64,000 bases of DNA from a virus (lineage: Duplodnaviria > Caudoviricetes), in the IMG/VR virus record IMGVR_UViG_3300014206_000007, positions 128,001 to 192,000 of that record; one strand, given 5' to 3'. This document shows, one piece after another, positions 19,942-28,956 of this stretch (within the stretch, counting starts at the first letter, position 1; each line of letters starts with the position of its first letter). Below the pieces are notes generated by a model that searched no databases, was not told where the DNA came from, and saw only the letters and a list, made by a program, of their open reading frames with translations. Position numbers and translations under genes: made by a program.

Positions 19942-22845
19942 ATGACTAAAGCTCAATTATATTTTTTTAATAACTTATATAATGATAAAATAATTAATGA
20001 GTCTATATATGAATTTAAAAACATGACATATCAAAGAGCAATGGAATCGCAATTATCAATTATTAATTTTCCAGAAATATCATTTCCACTATATAAATTT
20101 AAAGTGGATGCAATTTTAAATAGTAAATATGATTTACCCATAGGATCTCGAACTCATATAATAGATAGAGATATAATGCCATATTATAATAAAAAAGCAT
20201 TTATTAATAAATATGGTTATAATAAAATAATACCCATTAATCAAATTGCTATAGATTATAAAACCTTTAATCATCGAATAATGGTTGTTCGTGGAGATAA
20301 TTTACTCATGGATGTATCATTTATTGCATTAAAATCGGGAGGTACGATTATATGTCGCCCACCTAGAATTATTGATGATCCATATCATTTAGATGATGAC
20401 TATATTGATGAAAAATATGAAAATGATTCTATTATATATAATGGAGAAATGTCTTATAATATGATTGATGATTATGATAGTATATATAATAATATACCAT
20501 TATGTGATGTACGTATTATACTTGAACCACAATCAGATTATTATTATATTAATAAACCTAAGCTTAGTTTAATATCAAATAATAGAATTCCAATAAATCA
20601 ATTTAATAAGGTAGAAATATCACGTTTAAAAAAAAATAATAGCTATTCAATGTATTATACATTTAGGGATAATTTTAAAAATTTAGCACGGACAACTGTT
20701 ACAATAGTTAATATTGATGGATCTTTATATTTTGAATTACCCCCTACATTTATAGACATACTAACAAATATTTCATCATTAATCGAAATTCATATTTTCC
20801 ATGATTATAAAAAAATAAGTGGAATATTTTATGAACCGAATAAAATTAATTCTAGTATATATTATCAACTACCTTTTATTAAAAATCCAAGCCCATTTCA
20901 AAATATACGTATTTCTTATTATAATAAAATAAGTGGCATAAAAAATATGAGCTATCCATTATCGATTACTGGAGAAGTTGCTAATAAAACATATCCAACA
21001 TTATATCCAAATATATATGATTTAACTAATGTAACATATAAAGATGAATATGGGTATTATATTGAATGGTATGAAGATTTTCAGGATAATGCAAATATAT
21101 CATTTGATAATAATCTTAAAGATTATATGGAGTATAAGGGTACTAATTATGCTTCCATGTTAGTAAATCAATTAGGCCCAAAATCATTATTAGAATATGA
21201 GCCATCTAAAACGGTTGATTATAAATTTAATGATTATATTAATGAAAAATATAATAATGATTCAATAACTTATAATGAAGATATGTATTATAATACAACA
21301 GATGATTTTGATAATATTCGCGAATATAATTTAGCAAAAATTAATGAATTATTGTCAGATAATTCCTTGCGATTTAATTTATTTTTTGAAAAATTTTATG
21401 AAATTAATAAAAAATATATTCATATTTCTACTAATGGGATTATTGAACCAGAAATAATGAGTAGAAGTATTAATAATAATTCGGACCATATATCAAATCC
21501 TTTACATTTATATAGTTTTAATGAGCCTCATACTTTTATTAAATTTACCAATTCAGTAAACTCAAATAGACCAACTCAAGTATTTATTGATGGAAAAAGA
21601 TTTATCCCGACACATATTTATACAAACATGCATATTACTTATGTATATTTACCTAAATCAAAAATTAAAAAAGGTACATCTATAATAATTGATATGGCAT
21701 TAATAAGGATGAATAATAAAAAGGAATCTTCGATTATATTCAGTAAAATTAATGAAAAATTGCCTTTCCCGAGACCATTGAATAGGGAATATGTAGAGAG
21801 TAATGATAATAATGATATTATATTCTATGATGAAGAATCATTAGAATATAATAATGGAATATCATATAATATGGTTGACGATTATAATAGCAAATACAAT
21901 AATCTATTACCAGTTAAAAAAATATCATTTGAAAAAGTTTCTAGTAAAGATTTATTATTCTATAATACATCGACATTTGAATATATTCCATCAAATATTA
22001 TAAAATTTGCAATATGTATTCATAATGATGGAATACTTAATCTAGATATTAATGATATTTTAATTGAAGATGAAAAAATATATATTCCAGCGCCAACAGA
22101 AGGATTTTTTTATGAAATAAATGCGGATAATTTACTAATATATACTGAAAATATAGATTTTATAAATATGGAAATTGGTATTACTAATACAAATAATTAT
22201 AGATATACTATACTTTCAAATGTTACCATTAATAGCGAAATAATATTAGAGGATTTTAGAGAAGATCCATCATCAAAAAGAATACGAGTTTACTATGGAG
22301 GATTTTTATTAAATCCAAACCAATATATTTATACACCTTCTAAAAAATATGGAGAGAATGCTATTATAAAATTAACAGATTTACCACTAGTTTCAAATCC
22401 AACTGTAATAGTAGAATATATTCCATATTTAGAAAAACATATAATTGGTAATTTTGATGATGCAAAATATACATCAATAGTTAAATATTCGGCGAATAAT
22501 GAAAATGATATTATTGATATATCTGATGCATTAATAGAACATGAAATGACTTATCCTATTAATATAAAAAATACAAAATTTTATCAAAATGGAAGAAGAA
22601 TACCTAGTTATAGAATAGAACAACTTCGTGCTAATAATATATTTAAAATAAATGGAATTTCAACAGATTTTTATGAAAATGATTCTATTATATATAATGG
22701 AGAAATGTCTTATAATATGATTGATGATTATGATAGTATATATAATAATATACCATTATTTAATCCAAATCAAGTAAATATTAGAATTGATACTGTTGAA
22801 AATGATACTGCGCCATATTTTTTTGAATCATATTCCATTATTTAA
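19942..22845 (+). CDS. Large putative baseplate/structural protein with four Tyr/Asn-rich inserts
   Basis: Beta-rich, with VFIDGKR and FYQNGRR-type motifs, a late-type promoter and a repeated Y..DS..YN...SYN module. Confidence 0.65.
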   Translation: MTKAQLYFFNNLYNDKIINESIYEFKNMTYQRAMESQLSIINFPEISFPLYKFKVDAILNSKYDLPIGSRTHIIDRDIMPYYNKKAFINKYGYNKIIPINQIAIDYKTFNHRIMVVRGDNLLMDVSFIALKSGGTIICRPPRIIDDPYHLDDDYIDEKYENDSIIYNGEMSYNMIDDYDSIYNNIPLCDVRIILEPQSDYYYINKPKLSLISNNRIPINQFNKVEISRLKKNNSYSMYYTFRDNFKNLARTTVTIVNIDGSLYFELPPTFIDILTNISSLIEIHIFHDYKKISGIFYEPNKINSSIYYQLPFIKNPSPFQNIRISYYNKISGIKNMSYPLSITGEVANKTYPTLYPNIYDLTNVTYKDEYGYYIEWYEDFQDNANISFDNNLKDYMEYKGTNYASMLVNQLGPKSLLEYEPSKTVDYKFNDYINEKYNNDSITYNEDMYYNTTDDFDNIREYNLAKINELLSDNSLRFNLFFEKFYEINKKYIHISTNGIIEPEIMSRSINNNSDHISNPLHLYSFNEPHTFIKFTNSVNSNRPTQVFIDGKRFIPTHIYTNMHITYVYLPKSKIKKGTSIIIDMALIRMNNKKESSIIFSKINEKLPFPRPLNREYVESNDNNDIIFYDEESLEYNNGISYNMVDDYNSKYNNLLPVKKISFEKVSSKDLLFYNTSTFEYIPSNIIKFAICIHNDGILNLDINDILIEDEKIYIPAPTEGFFYEINADNLLIYTENIDFINMEIGITNTNNYRYTILSNVTINSEIILEDFREDPSSKRIRVYYGGFLLNPNQYIYTPSKKYGENAIIKLTDLPLVSNPTVIVEYIPYLEKHIIGNFDDAKYTSIVKYSANNENDIIDISDALIEHEMTYPINIKNTKFYQNGRRIPSYRIEQLRANNIFKINGISTDFYENDSIIYNGEMSYNMIDDYDSIYNNIPLFNPNQVNIRIDTVENDTAPYFFESYSII
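20416..20503 (+). repeat. 88-bp perfect direct repeat, copy 1 (copy 2 at 22672..22759)
   Basis: tatgaaaatgattctatt...aatataccattat is identical at both sites and encodes YENDSIIYNGEMSYNMIDDYDSIYNNIPL. Confidence 0.95.
22672..22759 (+). repeat. 88-bp perfect direct repeat, copy 2
   Basis: Identical to 20416..20503. Confidence 0.95.
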
Positions 22846-22850
22846 AGGAG

Positions 22851-23837
22851 ATGAAAAAAATGAATACGATATTTTTAATTAATAGTATAATGAAAGAGGA
22901 TTCCAATTTTGTTGATTATATGAATTTAAAAAATATTATAGTCGATAATATTGATAATATTCCCGGTACTAATGATTATTTAACAAAAATAAAATATATA
23001 AATGGAATTTATTTTATTTTTGGTACTAATGGTAGAATATACCGTTCAACGGATACAAAATTATGGACTAAATGTAATGTTAATATTTTAAATGAGATAT
23101 ATGATATTATATATGCAAAAAATATATATATTATAATAGGTAGTGGAGGAAAAATTGTAACTTCTCCAGATGCTGTTTTATGGACAATGCGAATTAGTGG
23201 GGTAACTAATACATTACAAAGTATAACATTTGGAAATAATAGGTTTATCATCGTTGGTTCCCCTAAAGTTATATTAAGTTCTAATGATGGAATTACGTGG
23301 ACATCTATTACATTCCCCGAAATAAATCCAGTTAATGGAAATGTAACCACTGCAAAAATTATTTATAATGGTACTGAATTTTTATTATTTATAAGTGTAT
23401 TATTCGATGATGTGAGGATGGTATCAAATATATTCTATAGTGCCACGGGCTCAATTTATACCAAAATTAATAATTTTCCAAATAATATATTAATCTCAAA
23501 TGTTTTATGCCAAGATAATATAGTTATAGTAAGCTCCAATACTAATGTATATAAAATAATAAATAGAATATTTTATAAAATATTAACAGATGTATCTACA
23601 ATATTATCAATTAATTATTCAGAAGGACTATTTTTAGTTGGAGTAAAAAATAAAGTATCTATAATTTTTGAAAATGATTTATTACAAATTCCTGCATCAA
23701 TAAGTGATTATTATACAATACATGTTGGTTCTTCAATTAGCAATAGGGATATATATGGTGGGTTAATAGTTAATAAAAAATTAATATTATTAGATAAATC
23801 TGGGTATATTTTACGGGTTCCGATTTATTATAAATAA
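22851..23837 (+). CDS. Single beta-propeller protein related to the tail-fibre blades
   Basis: GSGGKIVTSPDAVLWT matches GDGGKIISSPDGITWT of the tail fibre. Also SSNDGITWT. Confidence 0.7.
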   Translation: MKKMNTIFLINSIMKEDSNFVDYMNLKNIIVDNIDNIPGTNDYLTKIKYINGIYFIFGTNGRIYRSTDTKLWTKCNVNILNEIYDIIYAKNIYIIIGSGGKIVTSPDAVLWTMRISGVTNTLQSITFGNNRFIIVGSPKVILSSNDGITWTSITFPEINPVNGNVTTAKIIYNGTEFLLFISVLFDDVRMVSNIFYSATGSIYTKINNFPNNILISNVLCQDNIVIVSSNTNVYKIINRIFYKILTDVSTILSINYSEGLFLVGVKNKVSIIFENDLLQIPASISDYYTIHVGSSISNRDIYGGLIVNKKLILLDKSGYILRVPIYYK

Positions 23838-23873
23838 AAAATAAGAGTATGAGCAATTACGCTCATACTCTTA

Positions 23874-24629
23874 TTAAATTTTATAAGTATTACTTTTTAA
23901 TCCCAAGAATATATCAGTATACAAATTTTGATTATTATTTATCTTTGTCAATAAATCATTTGTATATTCAATAATCTCAGTGTTAGAAATATCAATATTA
24001 TGTGTTAGATTATTCAATCGTCCTTTTATGCCAGAAATTATTTCAGCATAAGTATAGTCAATTGGCGGATTATCAATTAATTCATATAACATCGGCTCTT
24101 TTAATTTAGCTATATAATTTCTTCTGTTATTAAGATTGAATTTTTCTTCTATGGCTCTAGCAAAATTAAAAAATTCTCTAAAATATGTAGTGAATAATTT
24201 AACTACTGAGACAGAGTTTACTAAAACTTCCTCAAAAACATACTCATTATCTTTAATAACTGGTCTAAATAATACTTTATCAGTATTCTTAACTGTAATA
24301 CTATCTTTTATTAAATGCTTAAATGTATTATATTCAGATTCATTCTTAGGTAAAATATCATCTGTTAATTTATTAATATAATCTTCACTATTTCGGCAAA
24401 GTCCATGCAATCTTTCTAAATACCCTAAGTATTTGCCATCAATATCTTGTATCAGTTCTCTAATTTTAGGTATGTTAGTTCTATACTCTTCATCAGGAAT
24501 ATTGAGAACAAAATCACCTGCTTCTAGTATTTTGATATTAAGAGTATTTACCATTTCTCTAATATCAGTAATATCATCCATTGCATTATCATAATAATGA
24601 TGTAATGGTTTATCTAAATTATTTAACAT
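23874..24629 (-). CDS. Hypothetical protein
   Basis: AAGGAGG RBS. Bidirectional terminator at about 23840-23874. Confidence 0.75.
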   Translation of the reverse strand: MLNNLDKPLHHYYDNAMDDITDIREMVNTLNIKILEAGDFVLNIPDEEYRTNIPKIRELIQDIDGKYLGYLERLHGLCRNSEDYINKLTDDILPKNESEYNTFKHLIKDSITVKNTDKVLFRPVIKDNEYVFEEVLVNSVSVVKLFTTYFREFFNFARAIEEKFNLNNRRNYIAKLKEPMLYELIDNPPIDYTYAEIISGIKGRLNNLTHNIDISNTEIIEYTNDLLTKINNNQNLYTDIFLGLKSNTYKI

Positions 24630-24733
24630 ATAAAAAATACCTCCTTAATTTTAGTTTATTATAATGAATAATGATTAAATATCATCTTAATCAAATTGTT
24701 TTTGATAAGGTGATATTTAATCATTTATATGTC

Positions 24734-25717
24734 TTACAATAGTTCTATTGATATGTCTTTTAATGCATCGGAATCATAATTTTCTCTGTTAGATTTTTTC
24801 AAATCTTCTTTTGCATCTTTATTATTTTTAAGAATCTTAGTTTCTATAAAATTAGAAACTGCTTCCATTTTATCTAAGAATTTCTTTTGTTTTTCAACTG
24901 CTAAACTGCCATTATCGCCAGACATTTCAATTGATGTTCTAAGGAATTCTGATGGTGCTTTTAATGACTCATTAAATTTAGTTACTGATGCATAATATAG
25001 GTATATCAATCCTCTTATTACAAATAAGAAACTGATAAGTGATAATACTACTAGTGGACCAGTAGTTAATGTTCCACCTGTTACAAAACCAAGTAAGCCG
25101 GAGCCATCCTTTTTAAACTGTGACATTAATTTAGCCCATTCACCCTTATCATAACTCTTAGTGAAGTCTTTAACATATTTTATTACAAGTAAATCTTGCT
25201 TTCGGTTTCCTCTGAATTTAAATTCAGTATTTTGTACATTTTTCAGGTAATCAACATATGTTACTATACATATATTAATCATATCAACTAATGCCATTAC
25301 TAGCAAGTTGTATGAAAGTTGAATTACTGTAATGTCGAATTTAAAACCAAATTCAAAATCACTTCTATTAGTTATTAAAATATTGTGAATTCTTTGAGCG
25401 AGCTCAAGTTCTTCGACTTTTCTATCACTGAATAGCTGTCTTAAACTATCCAAAGATTTACCAATTACATCATATCCATCATATGCGGTAACATTACCCT
25501 TACTATCTGGTATTTTACCGAAATCAATGTTTGATTTATAAATGATATCATTATATAGTTGCTGTATTAGTTTACTTTTTCCCGCAGAACTTAGGGATGC
25601 TTCTTTTACAACTTCCATATATTTTAATCTATCTCTATTAGGTTGATCGATACGTAAATCAATAAAATGATTTAATATATCGGTATTAGATTCTAATAAT
25701 ATTCTAAAATCGTTCAT
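24734..25717 (-). CDS. Putative virion (inner head/ejection) protein with hydrophobic segments
   Basis: Late operon. GG-rich hydrophobic stretch and candidate x-x-E processing sites. Confidence 0.55.
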   Translation of the reverse strand: MNDFRILLESNTDILNHFIDLRIDQPNRDRLKYMEVVKEASLSSAGKSKLIQQLYNDIIYKSNIDFGKIPDSKGNVTAYDGYDVIGKSLDSLRQLFSDRKVEELELAQRIHNILITNRSDFEFGFKFDITVIQLSYNLLVMALVDMINICIVTYVDYLKNVQNTEFKFRGNRKQDLLVIKYVKDFTKSYDKGEWAKLMSQFKKDGSGLLGFVTGGTLTTGPLVVLSLISFLFVIRGLIYLYYASVTKFNESLKAPSEFLRTSIEMSGDNGSLAVEKQKKFLDKMEAVSNFIETKILKNNKDAKEDLKKSNRENYDSDALKDISIELL

Positions 25718-25733
25718 CTATTTTTCCTCCCTT

Positions 25734-27050
25734 TTAAATTCTACCCATAAGTTTCATGACTTCTTTCATGTTCGTTAAGTCAACTTCTTTATTATTAGAA
25801 GTCTTCAAAGAACTAAGAGAAACAGATGTGAACTCATTAGTACCATCTTCGTCAAATAACATAGATAATATTTTAGTCTCAGTATCATAAATCCCAAATC
25901 CTAATAAGTAATATTTACTTATCAATTTAAGGGCATTATAAACTTCTGATAAGTTAACTCCGCCCAATTCAGCAATTTGCTCTACTTCATAATTAGTAAT
26001 AATTGCTGTTGTATGAGGAAGTACTCCATTTTTGAAAAACTTAGTTACATTATTAATAGCTTTTCTTCTTTTTAATGCTTTTATCCATCTAAGAGAATCT
26101 TTAGATGTAGAAGTTGCCATTTCTTTTATTTCTGTAGCATTAAATACAAAGTCTCTTAAAAACTTATATTCGCCTTTAGTCCATTTGATAAATTTGAATA
26201 TTCCATAAGAGTCTTTAGATGCTTCAACCATATTAGCAACCATTAAATCAGATCTAATGGCTCTAATCATTGTTTTAACGCCAATTACAACATTCTGAAC
26301 TATCTGACCCTGACCCTCACCATGTAAAACGAATTGGGCATTAATCATTGTAGGTTCAAGAGCTGTAGTTTTATCATTCTTGATAACCGATGGTGCATCA
26401 ATAGGATATTTATGATCTTTATTTACTCCAGTAAATTCATGATCCCTTAAATCCTCATTGTATTTTAGGTTAACTCTTTTCATTGTGTCATATGTTTTAG
26501 TGCCCTGAATCTTTTTAACTAATTCACTTCTATCATCAGAAGCTTCTTTAGCAATTTGAATCTTTTCTTTTAGAGCAGTTTTAGTTCTCTCATAAGGTTT
26601 ATAAATATCATTAACCTTACTAGTATTTACTTGCTCTTCAATAATATCCCAGCACGCTGTTCCTAATCCAAGTGGTTGATTGGAATTGTTTAATATATTC
26701 GCTGATTCGAATACCATGTTAGTTGCAGCTTTTATATTTGCCGGAATATCTTTATTATTATGGAAGGTTGTTAAATAGGATTGTAGATTTTCATATTTAT
26801 CGAGTGGTACTGAACCTCTCAATGAAAATACGGATACTAACAATGATGCATATTGACGTTCTAATGCTTTTGCCAATATTGTTACATCATCAGTATCTAT
26901 TGATGAGCTTACTAGTAGTGGGAATTGAAATATAGAGTCTTGAGCCATTCTAGTCAAACTATTTCTCCCAGTTGAAGCTTTTATAAATTGTGCTATCTTT
27001 GTAGAATTTCGTATTACTTTAGACATATTTTGGTCTATTTTGATTTCCAT
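25734..27050 (-). CDS. Putative virion structural protein
   Basis: Downstream of AACA-N6-TA at 27099..27110. Contains VFES and AKEAS motifs. Confidence 0.55.
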   Translation of the reverse strand: MEIKIDQNMSKVIRNSTKIAQFIKASTGRNSLTRMAQDSIFQFPLLVSSSIDTDDVTILAKALERQYASLLVSVFSLRGSVPLDKYENLQSYLTTFHNNKDIPANIKAATNMVFESANILNNSNQPLGLGTACWDIIEEQVNTSKVNDIYKPYERTKTALKEKIQIAKEASDDRSELVKKIQGTKTYDTMKRVNLKYNEDLRDHEFTGVNKDHKYPIDAPSVIKNDKTTALEPTMINAQFVLHGEGQGQIVQNVVIGVKTMIRAIRSDLMVANMVEASKDSYGIFKFIKWTKGEYKFLRDFVFNATEIKEMATSTSKDSLRWIKALKRRKAINNVTKFFKNGVLPHTTAIITNYEVEQIAELGGVNLSEVYNALKLISKYYLLGFGIYDTETKILSMLFDEDGTNEFTSVSLSSLKTSNNKEVDLTNMKEVMKLMGRI

Positions 27051-27098
27051 ATTAAAAATCTCCTTTCATAGAATAATATGATTAATATTACAAATATT

Positions 27099-27110
27099 TA
27101 TTTTAATGTT
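27099..27110 (-). promoter_or_regulatory. Late-type phage promoter AACA-N6-TA
   Basis: AACA-TTAAAA-TA. Confidence 0.55.
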
Positions 27111-27177
27111 CCCGATGCATATAACCTTAATAAAAAAAAATAAAGCTCTATGAAAGCAGCTTTATTTTTGTACTCTA

Positions 27178-27735
27178 TTAATATGCAGGTGAATTCCAAA
27201 CTCTCCATAATGTCATATCATCTACATTATTATCTTTTATTCTTTCCATTCTGTCTACTTCTCTCATGTCTCTTGCAAATTTATCTAAATCGTCAGTGAG
27301 TGTACTATAATAATAATCTCCATCCTCAGTAAACGTCGGAACGATTGTATTAATTCTTTGATTAATTTTTTCTAATTCCGCGATGTCTGCCTTTGATAAC
27401 TTTCTAAAAGCTTTTTTACGACCTTTTTTGGGACCTTTGTCGAATGCTCTATTGATTTCATCAAATAAAGGAGATAATTGTTTTCTATTCTCTTTATCTG
27501 CATAATTAAGAGCTAATGCTCTATCAACGGTACTCATATTACTTTTGGTTTTCCAAGCACGTCTTTTTTCGATAAGATTGGATACTAATATATATCCAGT
27601 ATATGCTGATACTCCTACGAATACTGCGGCTTTAGCAACGTTTTCTATATTGGCTGATGCGATAACTGTTATAGCTTGTGCAGCCTTTTTTAGTATAAAG
27701 CTTCCTGCAGCCATTAAAAATGAACTTACTGTCAT
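27178..27735 (-). CDS. Hypothetical membrane protein (early-type promoter)
   Basis: Ala-rich hydrophobic N-terminus, GGAGGTG RBS and TATATATTAT at 27816. Confidence 0.7.
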   Translation of the reverse strand: MTVSSFLMAAGSFILKKAAQAITVIASANIENVAKAAVFVGVSAYTGYILVSNLIEKRRAWKTKSNMSTVDRALALNYADKENRKQLSPLFDEINRAFDKGPKKGRKKAFRKLSKADIAELEKINQRINTIVPTFTEDGDYYYSTLTDDLDKFARDMREVDRMERIKDNNVDDMTLWRVWNSPAY

Positions 27736-27962
27736 TATTTTTCACCTCCATATATTAGCGCTTTTAATAGTCTTAGCAAGGTAGGATTACCAAAAATCAT
27801 ATTTTATACACCTAAATAATATATAATTAAAATTATCCATGATAAATTTTTAATTAACTTTTTGCATCAGTTTATAACCCCCAGAACAAATTTCGTAATT
27901 AAATGCATATTAAATGAATAAATAAAACTTAAAATTTATAGAAAGTTGGTGAAAAAATAGAT

Positions 27963-28928
27963 ATGGGATATCAACCAGTAAGTTATTTGTCCTATCGAAA
28001 TGGGCAAGATAACGATGAAAGAGTTCACATAGATGGAAATTTGCAACCGCCATCATTCCAAAGCATGTATCAAAATTTTGATCGCTTTTATTCAATATAT
28101 CCCGATACAGAATTGGTTGATTTAAAACAATACATTTTTTTAGTTCGACCCGAACTAAATGTTTTGTCAGAATCCAATCCAAACGTAGTTAGCGAAACAT
28201 GTTCGAAGGATAATTGGATGAAGCTAATGGCAAAAGATAATAATATAATGATGAGGCATCTTACAACTGCATTAGACCCAAATCATGATTTTATGACATT
28301 TTTAGTTGGAAGAACCGAATCATTACAGATACCAGATTATAGTCTAAAAAATTATAGTATAAGTCAACCATATACAAATTTCTTGATGCCATATGCAACA
28401 AATGCAATTGAGTCAAGAACAGGAGGAACATTTGATATTATTTTTAGAGAAGATAATAAACTTCGTGTTAATAAATTATTTTATACATGGATGTATTATA
28501 TAGATGCGGTTAATAGAGATATCTTTACACCAAAATATAAGTATATCATATATAATAAATTTGATTATGTTACTAGTGTATACCATTTTGTATGTGCCCC
28601 TGATGGGGAAACCATATTATGGTGGAGTAAGTATACAGGATGTATACCAATAAATGTACCAAATAGTAACTTGAGTTTTAATCTTAGAGGTCAAGCAGAT
28701 AATAAAATATCAGTATCATTTGCATACTTCTTACATGAAGCAATGACTCCAGATATTTTAGCGGACTTTAATCAAAATTCAAGAGCAAGCATGAATCAAT
28801 ATGTTCCGACATATGATGAATATTCACATGGTTCTGGAAACGCCTTAGTTGGGGCTCCATTTATATATAGAAAAGATTCAGAAGCATATCAATATTATCT
28901 AAGATGGAGAAGACCTAGACAATTTTAA
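27963..28928 (+). CDS. Putative tail-tube-initiator / baseplate protein (tail-tube fold)
   Basis: Pattern F.I.F.ED....V..LF..W...I, KYTG..P and V.F.Y is typical of tail-tube-fold proteins. Precedes the baseplate wedge gene. Confidence 0.5.
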   Translation: MGYQPVSYLSYRNGQDNDERVHIDGNLQPPSFQSMYQNFDRFYSIYPDTELVDLKQYIFLVRPELNVLSESNPNVVSETCSKDNWMKLMAKDNNIMMRHLTTALDPNHDFMTFLVGRTESLQIPDYSLKNYSISQPYTNFLMPYATNAIESRTGGTFDIIFREDNKLRVNKLFYTWMYYIDAVNRDIFTPKYKYIIYNKFDYVTSVYHFVCAPDGETILWWSKYTGCIPINVPNSNLSFNLRGQADNKISVSFAYFLHEAMTPDILADFNQNSRASMNQYVPTYDEYSHGSGNALVGAPFIYRKDSEAYQYYLRWRRPRQF

Positions 28929-28956
28929 AAAATAATATAAAGGAGGTATAGTTATT

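Noticed and set aside
20416-22759. 88-bp repeat as a DGR template/variable repeat pair
   Set aside because: The copies are identical with no adenine-specific differences, and no reverse transcriptase is in the window.
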